From a bacterium (lineage in GTDB: Bacteria; Patescibacteriota; Microgenomatia; UBA1400; PJMF01), in NCBI GenBank assembly GCA_900299405.1, contig OMJP01000025.1:3017-67016 (forward strand): 64,000 nucleotides of DNA, written 5' to 3'. How positions within the stretch are numbered: position 1 is the stretch's first letter; every line of letters begins with the position of its first letter. The translations under genes and the position numbers were made by a program. Under the pieces are notes generated by a model. It did not search any database and was not told the origin of the DNA. It saw only the letters and a list, made by a program, of their open reading frames with translations. Below are positions 18,158 to 29,075 of this stretch, piece after piece.

Positions 18158-21100
18158 ATGTCTGATTTCGTCCATTTGCACGTTCACACCGAATACTCCA
18201 TGCTGGATGGTCTGTCCAAGATTCCTGACCTTTTGGAGCAAGTCAAAAAACATGGACAAAAAGCCGTCGCTCTGACTGATCATGGCGGGATGTACGGAGC
18301 AATTGCTTTTTATAACGCTTGCCGTGATAAAGGCATCAAGCCGATCGTCGGCTGCGAGCTGTACTTGGCAGAAAAATCTCGTAAAGACAAACAAACTAAA
18401 CTGGGTGACGATCAAGCTCACCTCACCGTCATTGCCCAAAACTACACCGGCTATAAAAACCTGATGAAACTAGTTTCGATAGCCAATTTGGAAGGTTTTT
18501 CCTATCGACCTAGAGTTGATGAAGAAGTTTTGGAAGAACTTAGTGAGGGTTTGATTGTGCTGAGCGGCTGCATGAACAGTGTCTTCAATAAATTATTGCG
18601 AGAAAAAAAAGATAAAACCGCGCTAAAAAAGATAAAAAAATACCAAAAAATATTCGGCGATCGTTTTTATATCGAGCTGCAAAATCATCCCAATGTGGCA
18701 GAACTCAAAGAGCTCAATGATAAATTAGTGAAAATCTCCCGTGACTTAAACATTCCTTTAGTAGCTACCAACGATGTCCATTACGTTCATGAGGAAGAAG
18801 CTGAGGGCCAAGACGCCTTGCTGTGTGTCCAAACTCGTAAATTAATCTCTGATGATAAACGGATGAAAATGATTGATACACCAGAGTTTTATCTCAAGTC
18901 TACTGAGGAAATGCAGGATCTGTTTGCTGATTATCCTGAAGCAGTCGAAAACACCGTCAAAATCGCCGAACGCTGTGACTTGGAAATTCCCACCGGTCAG
19001 CTAATCTTTCCTGAATTTCCTTTGCCCAAAGGCGAGACCGCAGAATCATGGCTGGAGAAAAAGGCTTATGAAGGACTAGACCAAAAATTTTCCCAGCGCA
19101 GCAAAGAACTCACCGAGAGAATTGATTACGAACTAGGCATCATCAATGATAAAGGTTATGCCACTTACTTTTTGATTACCCAGGATTTTGTTAACTGGGC
19201 CAAAGAACAAGGAATCGGTGTTGGTCCAGGTCGTGGCTCAGCTGCCGGGTCACTGGTTTCTTACTGTCTGGGAATTACGATGCTTAATCCGCTGGAGCAC
19301 GGCCTACCCTTTGAGCGGTTCCTAAACCCCGAGCGTCCCACGCCACCTGATGTTGATATCGATTTCGCTGATGACCGCCGTGAAGAAGTCATCGAGTACG
19401 TTGCCAATAAATATGGACATGATCACATCGCCCATGTGATTACTTTCGGACGGATGGAGGCCCGCGTGGCTGTTCGAGATATTGGTCGGGTGCTGGGTAT
19501 GCCCTATGAAGATCCTGACCGGATTGCCAAACTAATTCCCAATGTTCCTGGAAAAAAGACCAGCATTGCTTCAGCAATTCGCAGCGTACCTGATTTGGGA
19601 GAGTACTACAAACAACCGCGCTTCAAAAAACTTATGGACTTGGCACAGCAGGTAGAGGGCACCATTCGCCACAGCAGTGTTCACGCCGCAGCCATCGTGA
19701 TCGCCGACAAGCCTTTGCCAGAATATACCCCAATTCAGAAAGACAACCGCTCCGGAAAAATGATTACTCAGTACGACATGTATTCCTTGGACTGTAACAT
19801 CGATGACGACGCTATCGGTCTACTGAAATTCGACTTTTTGGGACTGCGCAACCTGTCGACTATCCAAACCGCGGTAAATCTAATCAAAAAATACCAAGGC
19901 AAAGAAATCGACATAGAAGAGTTACCTTTAGACGACAAAAAAACCTACGAATTGCTCTCTTCTGGAGAAACCACTGGTATTTTCCAGATGGAATCGGGCG
20001 GCATGAGAAGGGTAGCCAAAACCCTGCAGCCATCACAATTCTCTGATATTTCAGCTATTTTGGCCCTGTATCGCCCTGGTCCGATGGACCTGATTCCACG
20101 GTTTATCGAAGGCAAACACAATCCCAAAAGCGTGCAGTATCCTCACGAATCTTTGAAAGAAATTCTTGAAGAAACTTACGGCATCATGGTCTACCAAGAG
20201 CAGGTGTTGGAGATTGTGCATCATATGGCCGGCTACACCATGGGCGAGGCCGACAACTTGCGTCGCGCAATCGGTAAAAAGAAGCGCAAAATTCTCGACA
20301 AAAATCGTGACCGCTTTATCAAAGAATCAGTCAAAAAAGGTTACAAGAAAAATGTGGCCGAAAAAGTCTGGGGCTTTATCGAAGCCTTTGCCGACTACGG
20401 TTTCAACAAAGCTCACGCTGCCAGTTACGCCATGATTGCCTACCAAACCGCTTACCTCAAAGCCAATTATCCGGTGGAGTACATGGCTGCCTTAATGAGC
20501 GTCGAGTCGAATGCCACCTCGGTCACTCGTGACGAAAAAGTAGCAGTCGCTATCGAGGCCAGTAGAGACATCGGCATCAAAGTCTTGCCCCCTGACATCA
20601 ACCTATCAGACGAAACCTTTTCGATCGAAGAAAATAAAGAGTCTCTGGAGAACAAGGCTATTCGTTTCAGCATTGCCGCCATCAAAAACGTCGGCACTGC
20701 GGCTTTGGAAAACATCCTGGAAACCAGAAAAGAACTGGGCGGCGAATTTCACTCCTTTACCGAATTTGTCCACAAAACCGACGGTCGTAAGGTAAACAAG
20801 AAAGTTTTGGAAAGCCTAGTGCGCGTCGGCGCAATGGATTGTTTTGGCACTCGATCTAGTATGCTGGAAAACTTGGAATCAATTCGTCAAACAGCCGCTC
20901 AATTTCAATCAGACATCGATGGTCAGGACAACCTTTTTGCCAAAGTTTCATCCACTACTACGGCCATCAAGGACACTTTTCCGGAAATGAAAGAATATCC
21001 CGTCAAAGAGCTGCTGTCGTTCGAAAAAGAACTCTTGGGTATGTATTTGACTGATAATCCTCTGGCAGATCAGCTAGAGGAGGCCGCCAGTCGTTCCAAC

Positions 21101-21613
21101 AAAAACATTGCGGAACTAGACGAAAACCTACATCAAGACAAAAGTTTTCTTTTCGGTGGCGTACTGTCCAGGGTCAAGGTCACCAACACCAAAAAAAATG
21201 GTGACGAAATGGCCTTTGGCACTCTGCAAGACTCAACCGGCAGCATTGAGATCGTCTTTTTTCCCAAAATTTATGAGGATGCAAAAAACTTGATTCAACA
21301 AGATGGGGTAGTGCTGATCAAAGCCAGAGTACAACTCAGAGAAGACGAGCTCAAGCTGGTGGCAGAGAAGGTCAGTGCTCCTAGCGCTGACGAAAGTCGA
21401 CCCATCGCTGACAACGCCAAAGAAATATTCATTCCTCGCAAAACCGAAAAAGACACTTTAAAAAAACTAGGCCAACTACTCAAAAAACACCCTGGAGACA
21501 CCAAAGTGGCTGTCTTGATTCCCAACGGTGGTAAACCAGAGAGAATGGTGTTGCCTTATGGAGTGGCTTGGGACGACAAACTAGAAAAAGAAGTCCAAAA
21601 AGTATTACAATAG
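18158..21613 (+). CDS. dnaE: DNA polymerase III alpha subunit
   Basis: PHP domain (HLHVHTEYSMLDG), ~1150 aa. Confidence 0.9.
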   Translation: MSDFVHLHVHTEYSMLDGLSKIPDLLEQVKKHGQKAVALTDHGGMYGAIAFYNACRDKGIKPIVGCELYLAEKSRKDKQTKLGDDQAHLTVIAQNYTGYKNLMKLVSIANLEGFSYRPRVDEEVLEELSEGLIVLSGCMNSVFNKLLREKKDKTALKKIKKYQKIFGDRFYIELQNHPNVAELKELNDKLVKISRDLNIPLVATNDVHYVHEEEAEGQDALLCVQTRKLISDDKRMKMIDTPEFYLKSTEEMQDLFADYPEAVENTVKIAERCDLEIPTGQLIFPEFPLPKGETAESWLEKKAYEGLDQKFSQRSKELTERIDYELGIINDKGYATYFLITQDFVNWAKEQGIGVGPGRGSAAGSLVSYCLGITMLNPLEHGLPFERFLNPERPTPPDVDIDFADDRREEVIEYVANKYGHDHIAHVITFGRMEARVAVRDIGRVLGMPYEDPDRIAKLIPNVPGKKTSIASAIRSVPDLGEYYKQPRFKKLMDLAQQVEGTIRHSSVHAAAIVIADKPLPEYTPIQKDNRSGKMITQYDMYSLDCNIDDDAIGLLKFDFLGLRNLSTIQTAVNLIKKYQGKEIDIEELPLDDKKTYELLSSGETTGIFQMESGGMRRVAKTLQPSQFSDISAILALYRPGPMDLIPRFIEGKHNPKSVQYPHESLKEILEETYGIMVYQEQVLEIVHHMAGYTMGEADNLRRAIGKKKRKILDKNRDRFIKESVKKGYKKNVAEKVWGFIEAFADYGFNKAHAASYAMIAYQTAYLKANYPVEYMAALMSVESNATSVTRDEKVAVAIEASRDIGIKVLPPDINLSDETFSIEENKESLENKAIRFSIAAIKNVGTAALENILETRKELGGEFHSFTEFVHKTDGRKVNKKVLESLVRVGAMDCFGTRSSMLENLESIRQTAAQFQSDIDGQDNLFAKVSSTTTAIKDTFPEMKEYPVKELLSFEKELLGMYLTDNPLADQLEEAASRSNKNIAELDENLHQDKSFLFGGVLSRVKVTNTKKNGDEMAFGTLQDSTGSIEIVFFPKIYEDAKNLIQQDGVVLIKARVQLREDELKLVAEKVSAPSADESRPIADNAKEIFIPRKTEKDTLKKLGQLLKKHPGDTKVAVLIPNGGKPERMVLPYGVAWDDKLEKEVQKVLQ

Positions 21614-21617
21614 CCCT

Positions 21618-22547
21618 ATGAGCCTGCCCAAATACGATTCCAACAAAGTTGCCATTATTGGCTGTGGGCGCGTCGGCATGTCGACTGCTTTTGCACTGCT
21701 GCTGCGCGGCATTCCCAATGAGTTACTACTGATCGACCGCTCTGAGGCAAAAATCAAGGGTGAGGAGCTCGATCTCGAGCATGGAATGTCTTTCCTAGGT
21801 CACGCCAGGGTCCATGCTTCAGAAAACTACGAAGATCTCAAAGACACTGACGTAGTAATTATTGCTGCTGGCTGTTCACAGAAGCCAGGTGATACTAGGC
21901 TAGATCTCACTGACGGTAACAAAAAAATCATCCAGGATGTTATTCCCAAAATCGTCAAGTACGCTCCCGAGGCAATCATTATCATCATCAGCAACCCCGT
22001 AGATATTTTGGTCTACGAAGCCTACAAAATCTCCGGCCTACCAAAAGGGCAAATTTTTGGCACCGGTACCACGCTTGATACATCGAGATTTCGCTTTCAT
22101 CTTTCGGAGTACTTGAAAGTCAGTCCCAAAAGCGTTCATGCCTATGTTCTTGGAGAACACGGTGATAGCTCTTTTCCAGCCATCAGTGGTGCGACTGTTG
22201 GCGGTCAAAGCTTGCTTTCGATGCCGAACATGACAGAAGAAAAAGCCAAAAATGCTTACCAAAAAACCAGAGACGCTGCCTACAAAATTATCGCCAGCAA
22301 AGGAGCAACTTATTATGCAATCGCGGTGGCAGCTTCAGATTTGGTGGAGGCGGTGCTCAGAAACGGCCAACAGGTTTTTCCGGTCTCGATTCCGCTGCAT
22401 AACTACTACGGTCACAGTGGTGTGGCACTGAGCGTACCCTGTATCGTTGGTCGTAGTGGAGTGGAGCAGACTATCGAGATCAAGCTTTCCTGGGAAGAAA
22501 AACAGCAACTGGAAAAATCAGTCAATACTTTAAAACAGTTTTTATAA
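21618..22547 (+). CDS. ldh: L-lactate dehydrogenase (LDH/MDH family)
   Basis: KVAIIGCGRVGMS Rossmann motif; GEHGDS; ~310 aa. Confidence 0.8.
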   Translation: MSLPKYDSNKVAIIGCGRVGMSTAFALLLRGIPNELLLIDRSEAKIKGEELDLEHGMSFLGHARVHASENYEDLKDTDVVIIAAGCSQKPGDTRLDLTDGNKKIIQDVIPKIVKYAPEAIIIIISNPVDILVYEAYKISGLPKGQIFGTGTTLDTSRFRFHLSEYLKVSPKSVHAYVLGEHGDSSFPAISGATVGGQSLLSMPNMTEEKAKNAYQKTRDAAYKIIASKGATYYAIAVAASDLVEAVLRNGQQVFPVSIPLHNYYGHSGVALSVPCIVGRSGVEQTIEIKLSWEEKQQLEKSVNTLKQFL

Positions 22548-23036
22548 ATAACTAACGTTCCAGTCTTTCACTGTTTCGTCGTCATTCATCGTCGCGTGAG
22601 CAAAAAAAGGAATCTTTCCGGAGGTAATATCTGGAAAACAGTGGTGCAGATCATCGACCAGTTCGTAATCGCTGGTCAGGACTTGGTCTTTGGGTAACCA
22701 AACTAACTGTCCTTCCGGATTCTCCATTCCTAGAGGGATTTCTTTGCTTGGCAGCTCTATCTTGAAAAAACACATCATCCAGTCATCTTCATAGCCGCCG
22801 GTCATTCTTACCACGCCAGCTAGCTTGATATCTTGTTCGTAAACCTCTAGCCCTGTTTCTTCTTTTGTTTCTCGAATGGCTGCTTCTAGAAAATTCTCTC
22901 CTGATTCTAGCTTGCCGCCAATACCGTTGAGCCGACCACTGTCTACCTTGTAATCAGTTTTTTTGGTGCGATGAACAAAGAGATAGTCGTCTCCGTGGTG
23001 CAAGAAGTTGGTAACTGAGTAAATAACTTTTTTCAT
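22542..23036 (-). CDS. NUDIX hydrolase
   Basis: Nudix box GGKLESGENFLEAAIRETKEETGL. Confidence 0.8.
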   Translation of the reverse strand: MKKVIYSVTNFLHHGDDYLFVHRTKKTDYKVDSGRLNGIGGKLESGENFLEAAIRETKEETGLEVYEQDIKLAGVVRMTGGYEDDWMMCFFKIELPSKEIPLGMENPEGQLVWLPKDQVLTSDYELVDDLHHCFPDITSGKIPFFAHATMNDDETVKDWNVSYL

Positions 23037-23885
23037 TTAGATTTGACACTGTGGGCAGAAAAAAGTTCCTCGCCCGCCGAGTTTAATTTTTTCGATTGTT
23101 GCGCCACAATTTTGGCATGCCTCACCATCTCGTCCATAAACCATTAATTTTTCCTGATAGCCGCCAGCCAAGCCATCAGCATCAACGTATTTACCGTCAA
23201 AAGTAGTACCTCCAGCTTCAATGCCTTCTTCGATCACTTGCTTGATGGTTTTGGTCAGCTTGTTCCATTCTTGTTTCGTAAGTGATTTGGCCTGGCGCTG
23301 GGGATGAATCCCGGCATAAAACAGAGCTTCACTGGCATAAATGTTTCCCACTCCAGAAAGCAGAGCGTTGTTCATGATGGCTTGCTTGATTGCCACACTA
23401 CGGTGACCCATAGATTTTTCGAGATATTCAGGAGTCACTTGGTCGGTGTTGGCATCTGGTCCATAGCGGTCAAATTCTTTTTCGATCGATTCCTGGTCCA
23501 GTTCCCGAATCCAGCCAAAAACACGCATATCGTTGAAAAACAGGGTAGAGCCATCCACAAAATCGATTACCACTCTGGTGTGCTTGCTGGGTAAGTCGCC
23601 AATCCAGTCACCAGTAGGGTGCCCGCCACCCACTTTAGTATCCTGACCCACAAACACCAGCTGCCCAGTCATTTTTAGGTGCACGAGCAGATCAGTATCA
23701 GTATCCAAGTGAATATGAATCATTTTTGCCCGACGAGAGACTTCAGCAATTGCCACATCTACCAAGCCTTTGGGCTTTCCCTGAAAACTCTTGTCGCGCA
23801 ACACCCGCACTCGCTTGATCTTTTTGCCCGGTAAAACCTCTGCCAAGCGGCGCACAACTGTCTCGACTTCAGGAAGCTCTGGCAC
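23037..23885 (-). CDS. mutM: formamidopyrimidine-DNA glycosylase
   Basis: MPELPEVETV N-terminus; C-terminal zinc finger CQNCG...CPQCQ. Confidence 0.85.
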   Translation of the reverse strand: MPELPEVETVVRRLAEVLPGKKIKRVRVLRDKSFQGKPKGLVDVAIAEVSRRAKMIHIHLDTDTDLLVHLKMTGQLVFVGQDTKVGGGHPTGDWIGDLPSKHTRVVIDFVDGSTLFFNDMRVFGWIRELDQESIEKEFDRYGPDANTDQVTPEYLEKSMGHRSVAIKQAIMNNALLSGVGNIYASEALFYAGIHPQRQAKSLTKQEWNKLTKTIKQVIEEGIEAGGTTFDGKYVDADGLAGGYQEKLMVYGRDGEACQNCGATIEKIKLGGRGTFFCPQCQI

Positions 23886-24771
23886 CCTTAACCTCCTTTT
23901 TATTCACCGTCACCAGCCAGGCACCGACAAAAATTGGTAGCGAGCCCAGCAAAATATTAATCGTTAATTTTTCTCCTAGCAGTAAAAAGGCCATCAGTGA
24001 GCCTGCGATTGGCTGAAGAAAAGTCATCATTGAGGCAGGAAGCGGTCCACCAAATTTGAGAGCATACTGATATACGAGATAAACACCCATTCCTCCACCG
24101 ATACCAACAAATAGCAGTGAGATCCAAGTCATCATGTTCATGCCAGCAAACCAATCAGGATTGCTCAGTAAATCAGTCAAGGCAATTGGTGATAGAACTA
24201 AAGTAGTGAGTGCCACAAAAACAAAAGTAATAAACTGAACTGAGTGGTGCTCTTGGTGTTTTTTAATGAACAAGGAATACAAAGCAAAAGTTACCACGGC
24301 CGAAAATACCAAGAAATTACCCCATAGGGTTCCAGAATACTGGGTGGCTTGCTCCAAAGCAGGCAGACCGACCAAGAAAATGGCGCCAATCATTCCCAGT
24401 AATAATCCCCACGATTTACGAGTTGAAAGTTTTTGTTTGTAAATCAAATAACCAAATAGGGCTACTAAAATCGGAGTGAAAGCATACAAAAATCCTCCCA
24501 TAATAGCAGTCGTTTCTTTAACGCCAAAAGCAAACAACACTACGTTGGTGACTGGCAAAAAAGACAAAAGAATTAATTGCTTCAAATGGGCTTTATCGAT
24601 TTTTTTCAGCGAAATAAAAGGCAAAAGACAAATGGTAGATAGGAGAAACCTCAAAAAAGTAAAAGTGAGAGGGGGAATAACCAGTACGCCTACTTTGACA
24701 AACACTCCGGTGCTACCACCAAGGAAAGCAGCTAACAGTAGAGCCCACAGTGCTTTTTGCTGATTGGTCAT
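23869..24771 (-). CDS. DMT superfamily (EamA-like) transporter
   Basis: 10-TM duplicated EamA-like pattern. Confidence 0.7.
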   Translation of the reverse strand: MTNQQKALWALLLAAFLGGSTGVFVKVGVLVIPPLTFTFLRFLLSTICLLPFISLKKIDKAHLKQLILLSFLPVTNVVLFAFGVKETTAIMGGFLYAFTPILVALFGYLIYKQKLSTRKSWGLLLGMIGAIFLVGLPALEQATQYSGTLWGNFLVFSAVVTFALYSLFIKKHQEHHSVQFITFVFVALTTLVLSPIALTDLLSNPDWFAGMNMMTWISLLFVGIGGGMGVYLVYQYALKFGGPLPASMMTFLQPIAGSLMAFLLLGEKLTINILLGSLPIFVGAWLVTVNKKEVKGARAS

Positions 24772-24773
24772 TA

Positions 24774-27758
24774 TTAACCTTTATGCTCAGGTGCATTAAT
24801 CAGCCCACATTTCTTATATTTCAGGCCACTGCCGCAAGGGCAGGGGTCGTTTCTGCCGATTTTTGCCTTCTTAGAGCCTGGGTTTCGACCACCGCCAGCC
24901 TTAGCTGATCCTAAAGCCTGAGCCATGTCTGCTAGATTACCAGACTTAGTTTTTGGTGCTGCGGCAGGGGATGGAGGAGTGGCATCAGCCACTTCTTTGG
25001 CGATCGGTTCGTTGATGTCTTCTTTTTTGAGCTCGATGTTTTCTGGAACTCTGGGCTGTACTGGCTGCTGCACTGGGTGTACGCGGAAAATTCGACGAGC
25101 GATAGTGGCATCAATAGAATCAATCAAGCTTTCAAAAAGACCAAAGGCTTCTTTTTTGTACTCTGAAAGCACCGTGCGTTTATCACCGCGCAACCAGATG
25201 CCCTCACGCAGACTCTCCACCTCGTCCAAATGATCCATCCATTTTTCATCTACCGTAGAGAGAATCGTGAGCCTCTCAGCTACTCTCATTTGCTCTTTAC
25301 CCAGCACTTCCTCACGAGAGCGATAAAGCTTGTCAGCCACCTCCTGTAGTCGGTCAATGATTTTTTCTGAATCTCCTAGTTCTTTGAGCTCTTTGGTCAG
25401 TTTTTTCTGTGAGGCGTCATCAAAAGGAATGATCATCACAAAATCTTTAACCAAAGTATCATATTCATCTTCTTCCAAACCTTCGGCAGCCCATTTGTTC
25501 ACAATGGCGGAAATCTCATCATCTACAAAACCTTGAATCTGTTCTTTGAGCGGCAGATCCAGCACCTCTTCATCTTTGGCTTCTGCTTCAGCTTGCTCCA
25601 GTAATCGGCGACGTCTGCTATAAATAATCTCGCGATGTTTGTTCATCACGTCATCAAATTCGACCAGGCGTTTACGCTGATCGAAGAAAAAGCCTTCCAC
25701 CTTAACCTGAGCTGATTCGATGGATTTGCTCACCATTTGGTGCTCGATCGGTTGATCTTCTTCGATTTTCAGCAGATCCATGACCTTGGCAATCTGCTCG
25801 CCACCAAAAATGCGCATGATTTCGTCATCCAGAGACACAAAGAATTGTGAAGAACCAGGATCTCCCTGGCGACCAGCACGACCGCGCAGCTGATTGTCAA
25901 TCCGGCGAGACTCGTGGCGCTCGGTACCGATGATGTGCAGCCCGCCCAGCTCTACCACTTCGTCGTGAGCTTTTTGCCATTTCTCCAGAGCCTTGGAATA
26001 TTCAGCCAACTTATAGTTGTTGGGATTGATATTGGTCGGCAGATTGAGATCTTGGTATTTTTTGGGCAAGGCCTTCTTAGTCTTGGTGGTTTGTTTTTTG
26101 CGATAATCTTTTAGTTCTGGCTTGGAGCCACCCAAAACAATGTCAACTCCACGGCCAGCAATGTTCGTCGCTACGGTGATGGCACCTTTTTTACCAGCAT
26201 CAGCGATGATAAAAGCTTCTCGCTCGTTGTTTTTCGCATTCAGGACTTGGTGTTTGATTTTTTTGCGATTTAAAAAGTCCGCCACGATTTGGTTGTGTTC
26301 AATCGATCGCGTACCAACCAAAATCGGCCGGCCTTTTTCATGCAACCGCTCGATTTCCTTGACGATTGCCGAATATTTCGCCGCAGTAGTTTTGTAAACC
26401 ACATCAGATCTATCGTCACGAACCACCGGCTTGTTCGTAGGAATATCGAGCACATCGACGTGGTAAATCTGATTGAATTCTTCTGCTTCGGTAACCGCGG
26501 TACCGGTCATGCCTGCTAGTTTGTCGTAAAGTCGGAAATAGTTCTGGATCGAGATGGTGGCCAAAGTGCGGGATTCCTGCTGAATCGAGACGCCCTCTTT
26601 GGCCTCAATTGCCTGATGCAAGCCATCTGAATAGCGCCTGCCATACATCAGCCGACCAGTATGCTCGTCCACAATCACTACCTGACCTTCACGAACGATG
26701 TATTCTTTGTCACGACGATAGAGCGTCATAGCCTTGAGGGCTGACTCGACGTGGTGAATAGTCTCGAAACTTTCTTCATAAAGATTTTTGACGCCCAGTT
26801 TTTGCTCTATTCTCTTCACTCCCAAATCAGTCAGCGTGGCGGATTTAGATTTTTCATCAACCACATAGTCCTGATCCTTGGTCAGCGATTTCACCATGTG
26901 AGCTGATTCGTGATATTTGTCGGTGGGCTCAGAATCGGGAGCGGAAATAATCAGAGGAGTACGAGCTTCGTCGATCAAAATCGAGTCAGCCTCGTCAACA
27001 ATCGCAAAGTGATGGGGATGGTTTTGGCGCTGCACCATTCGATCAAGGTTTTGCACCATGTTGTCGCGCAAGTAATCAAAGCCAAACTCGTTATTGGTGC
27101 CATAGGTAACGTCAGCCAGATAGGCTTCTTTGCGAGGAATCTCCACAAAGTGTTCCAGACGTTCGTCACCACGATCTTCGCTATCGACACTGGGATCGTA
27201 AAGCCTCGCATGGTCATGAACAATCACTGCTGATTTCAAACCTAAAAAGTCATAAACCGGGCCCATCCAGCCCACACCAATTTCCGCTAAGTAATCATTC
27301 ACCGTTACCAAATGAGCTCCCTTGCCCAGCAGGGCGTTGAGGTAGAGCGGAGCAGTAACCGTCAGGGTTTTTCCTTCTCCAGTGCGCTGCTCAGTGACAT
27401 TGCTGTGATGCAAAGCAATGCCGGCCAGCAGCTGCACGTCGTAGTGACGCATGCCCAAGACTCGACGAGAAACTTCTCTCACAGTCGCAAAGGCTTCTGG
27501 CAGCAATTCATTCAGGATGTTCTTCTCTGCCTGTTCCATGGCCTCGGCATTGCCGGGCTCTACTTGCGCTCTGACCTTGTCGATTTGGTCACGGAATTTA
27601 TCTGTCTGGGAGGCTAGCTGAGTATCGGTGAGTTTTTTGAGCTTTGGCTCCAAATCATTAATCTGATCAACAGCCTTTTGGTACTCATTCAATTTACGCT
27701 TATTTTCATCAAAAAGATTGGAAAGAAACTTCAACATAGAGAATTTATTATAGAACAA
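24774..27758 (-). CDS. secA: preprotein translocase ATPase SecA
   Basis: DEAD-like motor motifs; C-terminal zinc-binding CPCGSGLKYKKCG. Confidence 0.9.
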   Translation of the reverse strand: MFYNKFSMLKFLSNLFDENKRKLNEYQKAVDQINDLEPKLKKLTDTQLASQTDKFRDQIDKVRAQVEPGNAEAMEQAEKNILNELLPEAFATVREVSRRVLGMRHYDVQLLAGIALHHSNVTEQRTGEGKTLTVTAPLYLNALLGKGAHLVTVNDYLAEIGVGWMGPVYDFLGLKSAVIVHDHARLYDPSVDSEDRGDERLEHFVEIPRKEAYLADVTYGTNNEFGFDYLRDNMVQNLDRMVQRQNHPHHFAIVDEADSILIDEARTPLIISAPDSEPTDKYHESAHMVKSLTKDQDYVVDEKSKSATLTDLGVKRIEQKLGVKNLYEESFETIHHVESALKAMTLYRRDKEYIVREGQVVIVDEHTGRLMYGRRYSDGLHQAIEAKEGVSIQQESRTLATISIQNYFRLYDKLAGMTGTAVTEAEEFNQIYHVDVLDIPTNKPVVRDDRSDVVYKTTAAKYSAIVKEIERLHEKGRPILVGTRSIEHNQIVADFLNRKKIKHQVLNAKNNEREAFIIADAGKKGAITVATNIAGRGVDIVLGGSKPELKDYRKKQTTKTKKALPKKYQDLNLPTNINPNNYKLAEYSKALEKWQKAHDEVVELGGLHIIGTERHESRRIDNQLRGRAGRQGDPGSSQFFVSLDDEIMRIFGGEQIAKVMDLLKIEEDQPIEHQMVSKSIESAQVKVEGFFFDQRKRLVEFDDVMNKHREIIYSRRRRLLEQAEAEAKDEEVLDLPLKEQIQGFVDDEISAIVNKWAAEGLEEDEYDTLVKDFVMIIPFDDASQKKLTKELKELGDSEKIIDRLQEVADKLYRSREEVLGKEQMRVAERLTILSTVDEKWMDHLDEVESLREGIWLRGDKRTVLSEYKKEAFGLFESLIDSIDATIARRIFRVHPVQQPVQPRVPENIELKKEDINEPIAKEVADATPPSPAAAPKTKSGNLADMAQALGSAKAGGGRNPGSKKAKIGRNDPCPCGSGLKYKKCGLINAPEHKG

Positions 27759-27801
27759 CTCAGGGTTTTTTTCAGGCGAGATAGCTTACAAATCAGACCA
27801 G

Positions 27802-29073
27802 CTAATCAATTTTTTCTTTGCCAAGATATTTTTGCAAAACCTCGGGAACAGCTATCGAGCCGTCGGCCTGCTGGTAGTTTTCCACGATCGCTGCCACCAG
27901 GCGGGGAGAGGCGGCCACGGTGTTGTTGAGGGTATAAACATATTTCAAGCTGCCGTCTTGGGCTTGGTAGCGAATGTTGAGCCTTCTTGATTGAAAATCA
28001 TTAAAGTAGCTAGCAGAATGAGTCTCACGGTATTTGTCTTGGGCGGGGAACCAGGTTTCGACGTCATATTTTTTGCGCTGACCAGCTCCCATATCTCCAG
28101 TGCACATTAGTAGCACCTGATAGGGAAGTCCCAAGCCTTGCAGTAACTCTTCTGAGAAACCGAGCATTTGATCATGCCATTTTCTGGTTTCTGCTTCGTC
28201 GGCCACAGTGTAAACCACTTGTTCGACTTTATTGAATTGGTGGACCCGAATCACTCCTTGGGTGTCTTTGCCATAAGATCCGACTTCGCGACGGAAGCAG
28301 GGAGAAATACCGGTTAGTTTGATCGGTAAATCTTTTTCCGCCAGAGTTTCTCCGGCATGGTAGGCGGTTAGGGCTACCTCTGAAGTTCCCGTGAGATAAG
28401 TGCCGTCCTGGGTGACGTAATGATCTTCTTTACCCCAGGGAAAGTAGCCTGTGCCCACCAGCATCTCTTGGTTCACTAGCACTGGTGCATTCATGGGAGT
28501 AAAGCCATGTTTCACCATCAAATCTAAAGCATAATCCATCAGCGCTCTCTCCAGCAACAAGCCATCATTTTTCAAAAAATATCCCCGAAAACCAGCGATT
28601 TTTACTCCACGCTCGGTGTCGAGCATGTCCAGGGATTCCATCAGTTCATGGTGTTGTTTGGGTTCGAAATCAAACTTCGGCAGCTGCCCCTCGGTTCGAG
28701 CTACTTGATTGCCTGATTCATCTGCTCCCACTGGCACGTCATCGGCTGGAGGGTTGGGGATAGCGAGCATTAGTTGGGTAAAATTCTCTTCCAACTCCCT
28801 CAATTGCGGCTCTAGCTGTTTGAGCTGATCTTTGATTTTTTTACCCTTAGCAACTAGCTCCGCGGCTGGCTTACCACCTTCGCTGACTTGCTTTTTAACT
28901 TCATCAGCATTGTTGTTTGCCTGGCTACGCAACTCCTGAACCTGAGTGATTAATTCACGGCGCTGCTCGTCAACTTTGAGTAACTGATCAACGACCTGAG
29001 CATCAAGCTGTTTGTCCTGGCAAGCTTGTTTTAACTGGTCTGCATGGTCGCGAATGTAATTGATGTCCAACAT
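27802..29073 (-). CDS. serS: seryl-tRNA synthetase
   Basis: N-terminal coiled coil plus class II core; 423 aa. Confidence 0.9.
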   Translation of the reverse strand: MLDINYIRDHADQLKQACQDKQLDAQVVDQLLKVDEQRRELITQVQELRSQANNNADEVKKQVSEGGKPAAELVAKGKKIKDQLKQLEPQLRELEENFTQLMLAIPNPPADDVPVGADESGNQVARTEGQLPKFDFEPKQHHELMESLDMLDTERGVKIAGFRGYFLKNDGLLLERALMDYALDLMVKHGFTPMNAPVLVNQEMLVGTGYFPWGKEDHYVTQDGTYLTGTSEVALTAYHAGETLAEKDLPIKLTGISPCFRREVGSYGKDTQGVIRVHQFNKVEQVVYTVADEAETRKWHDQMLGFSEELLQGLGLPYQVLLMCTGDMGAGQRKKYDVETWFPAQDKYRETHSASYFNDFQSRRLNIRYQAQDGSLKYVYTLNNTVAASPRLVAAIVENYQQADGSIAVPEVLQKYLGKEKID

Positions 29074-29075
29074 AA

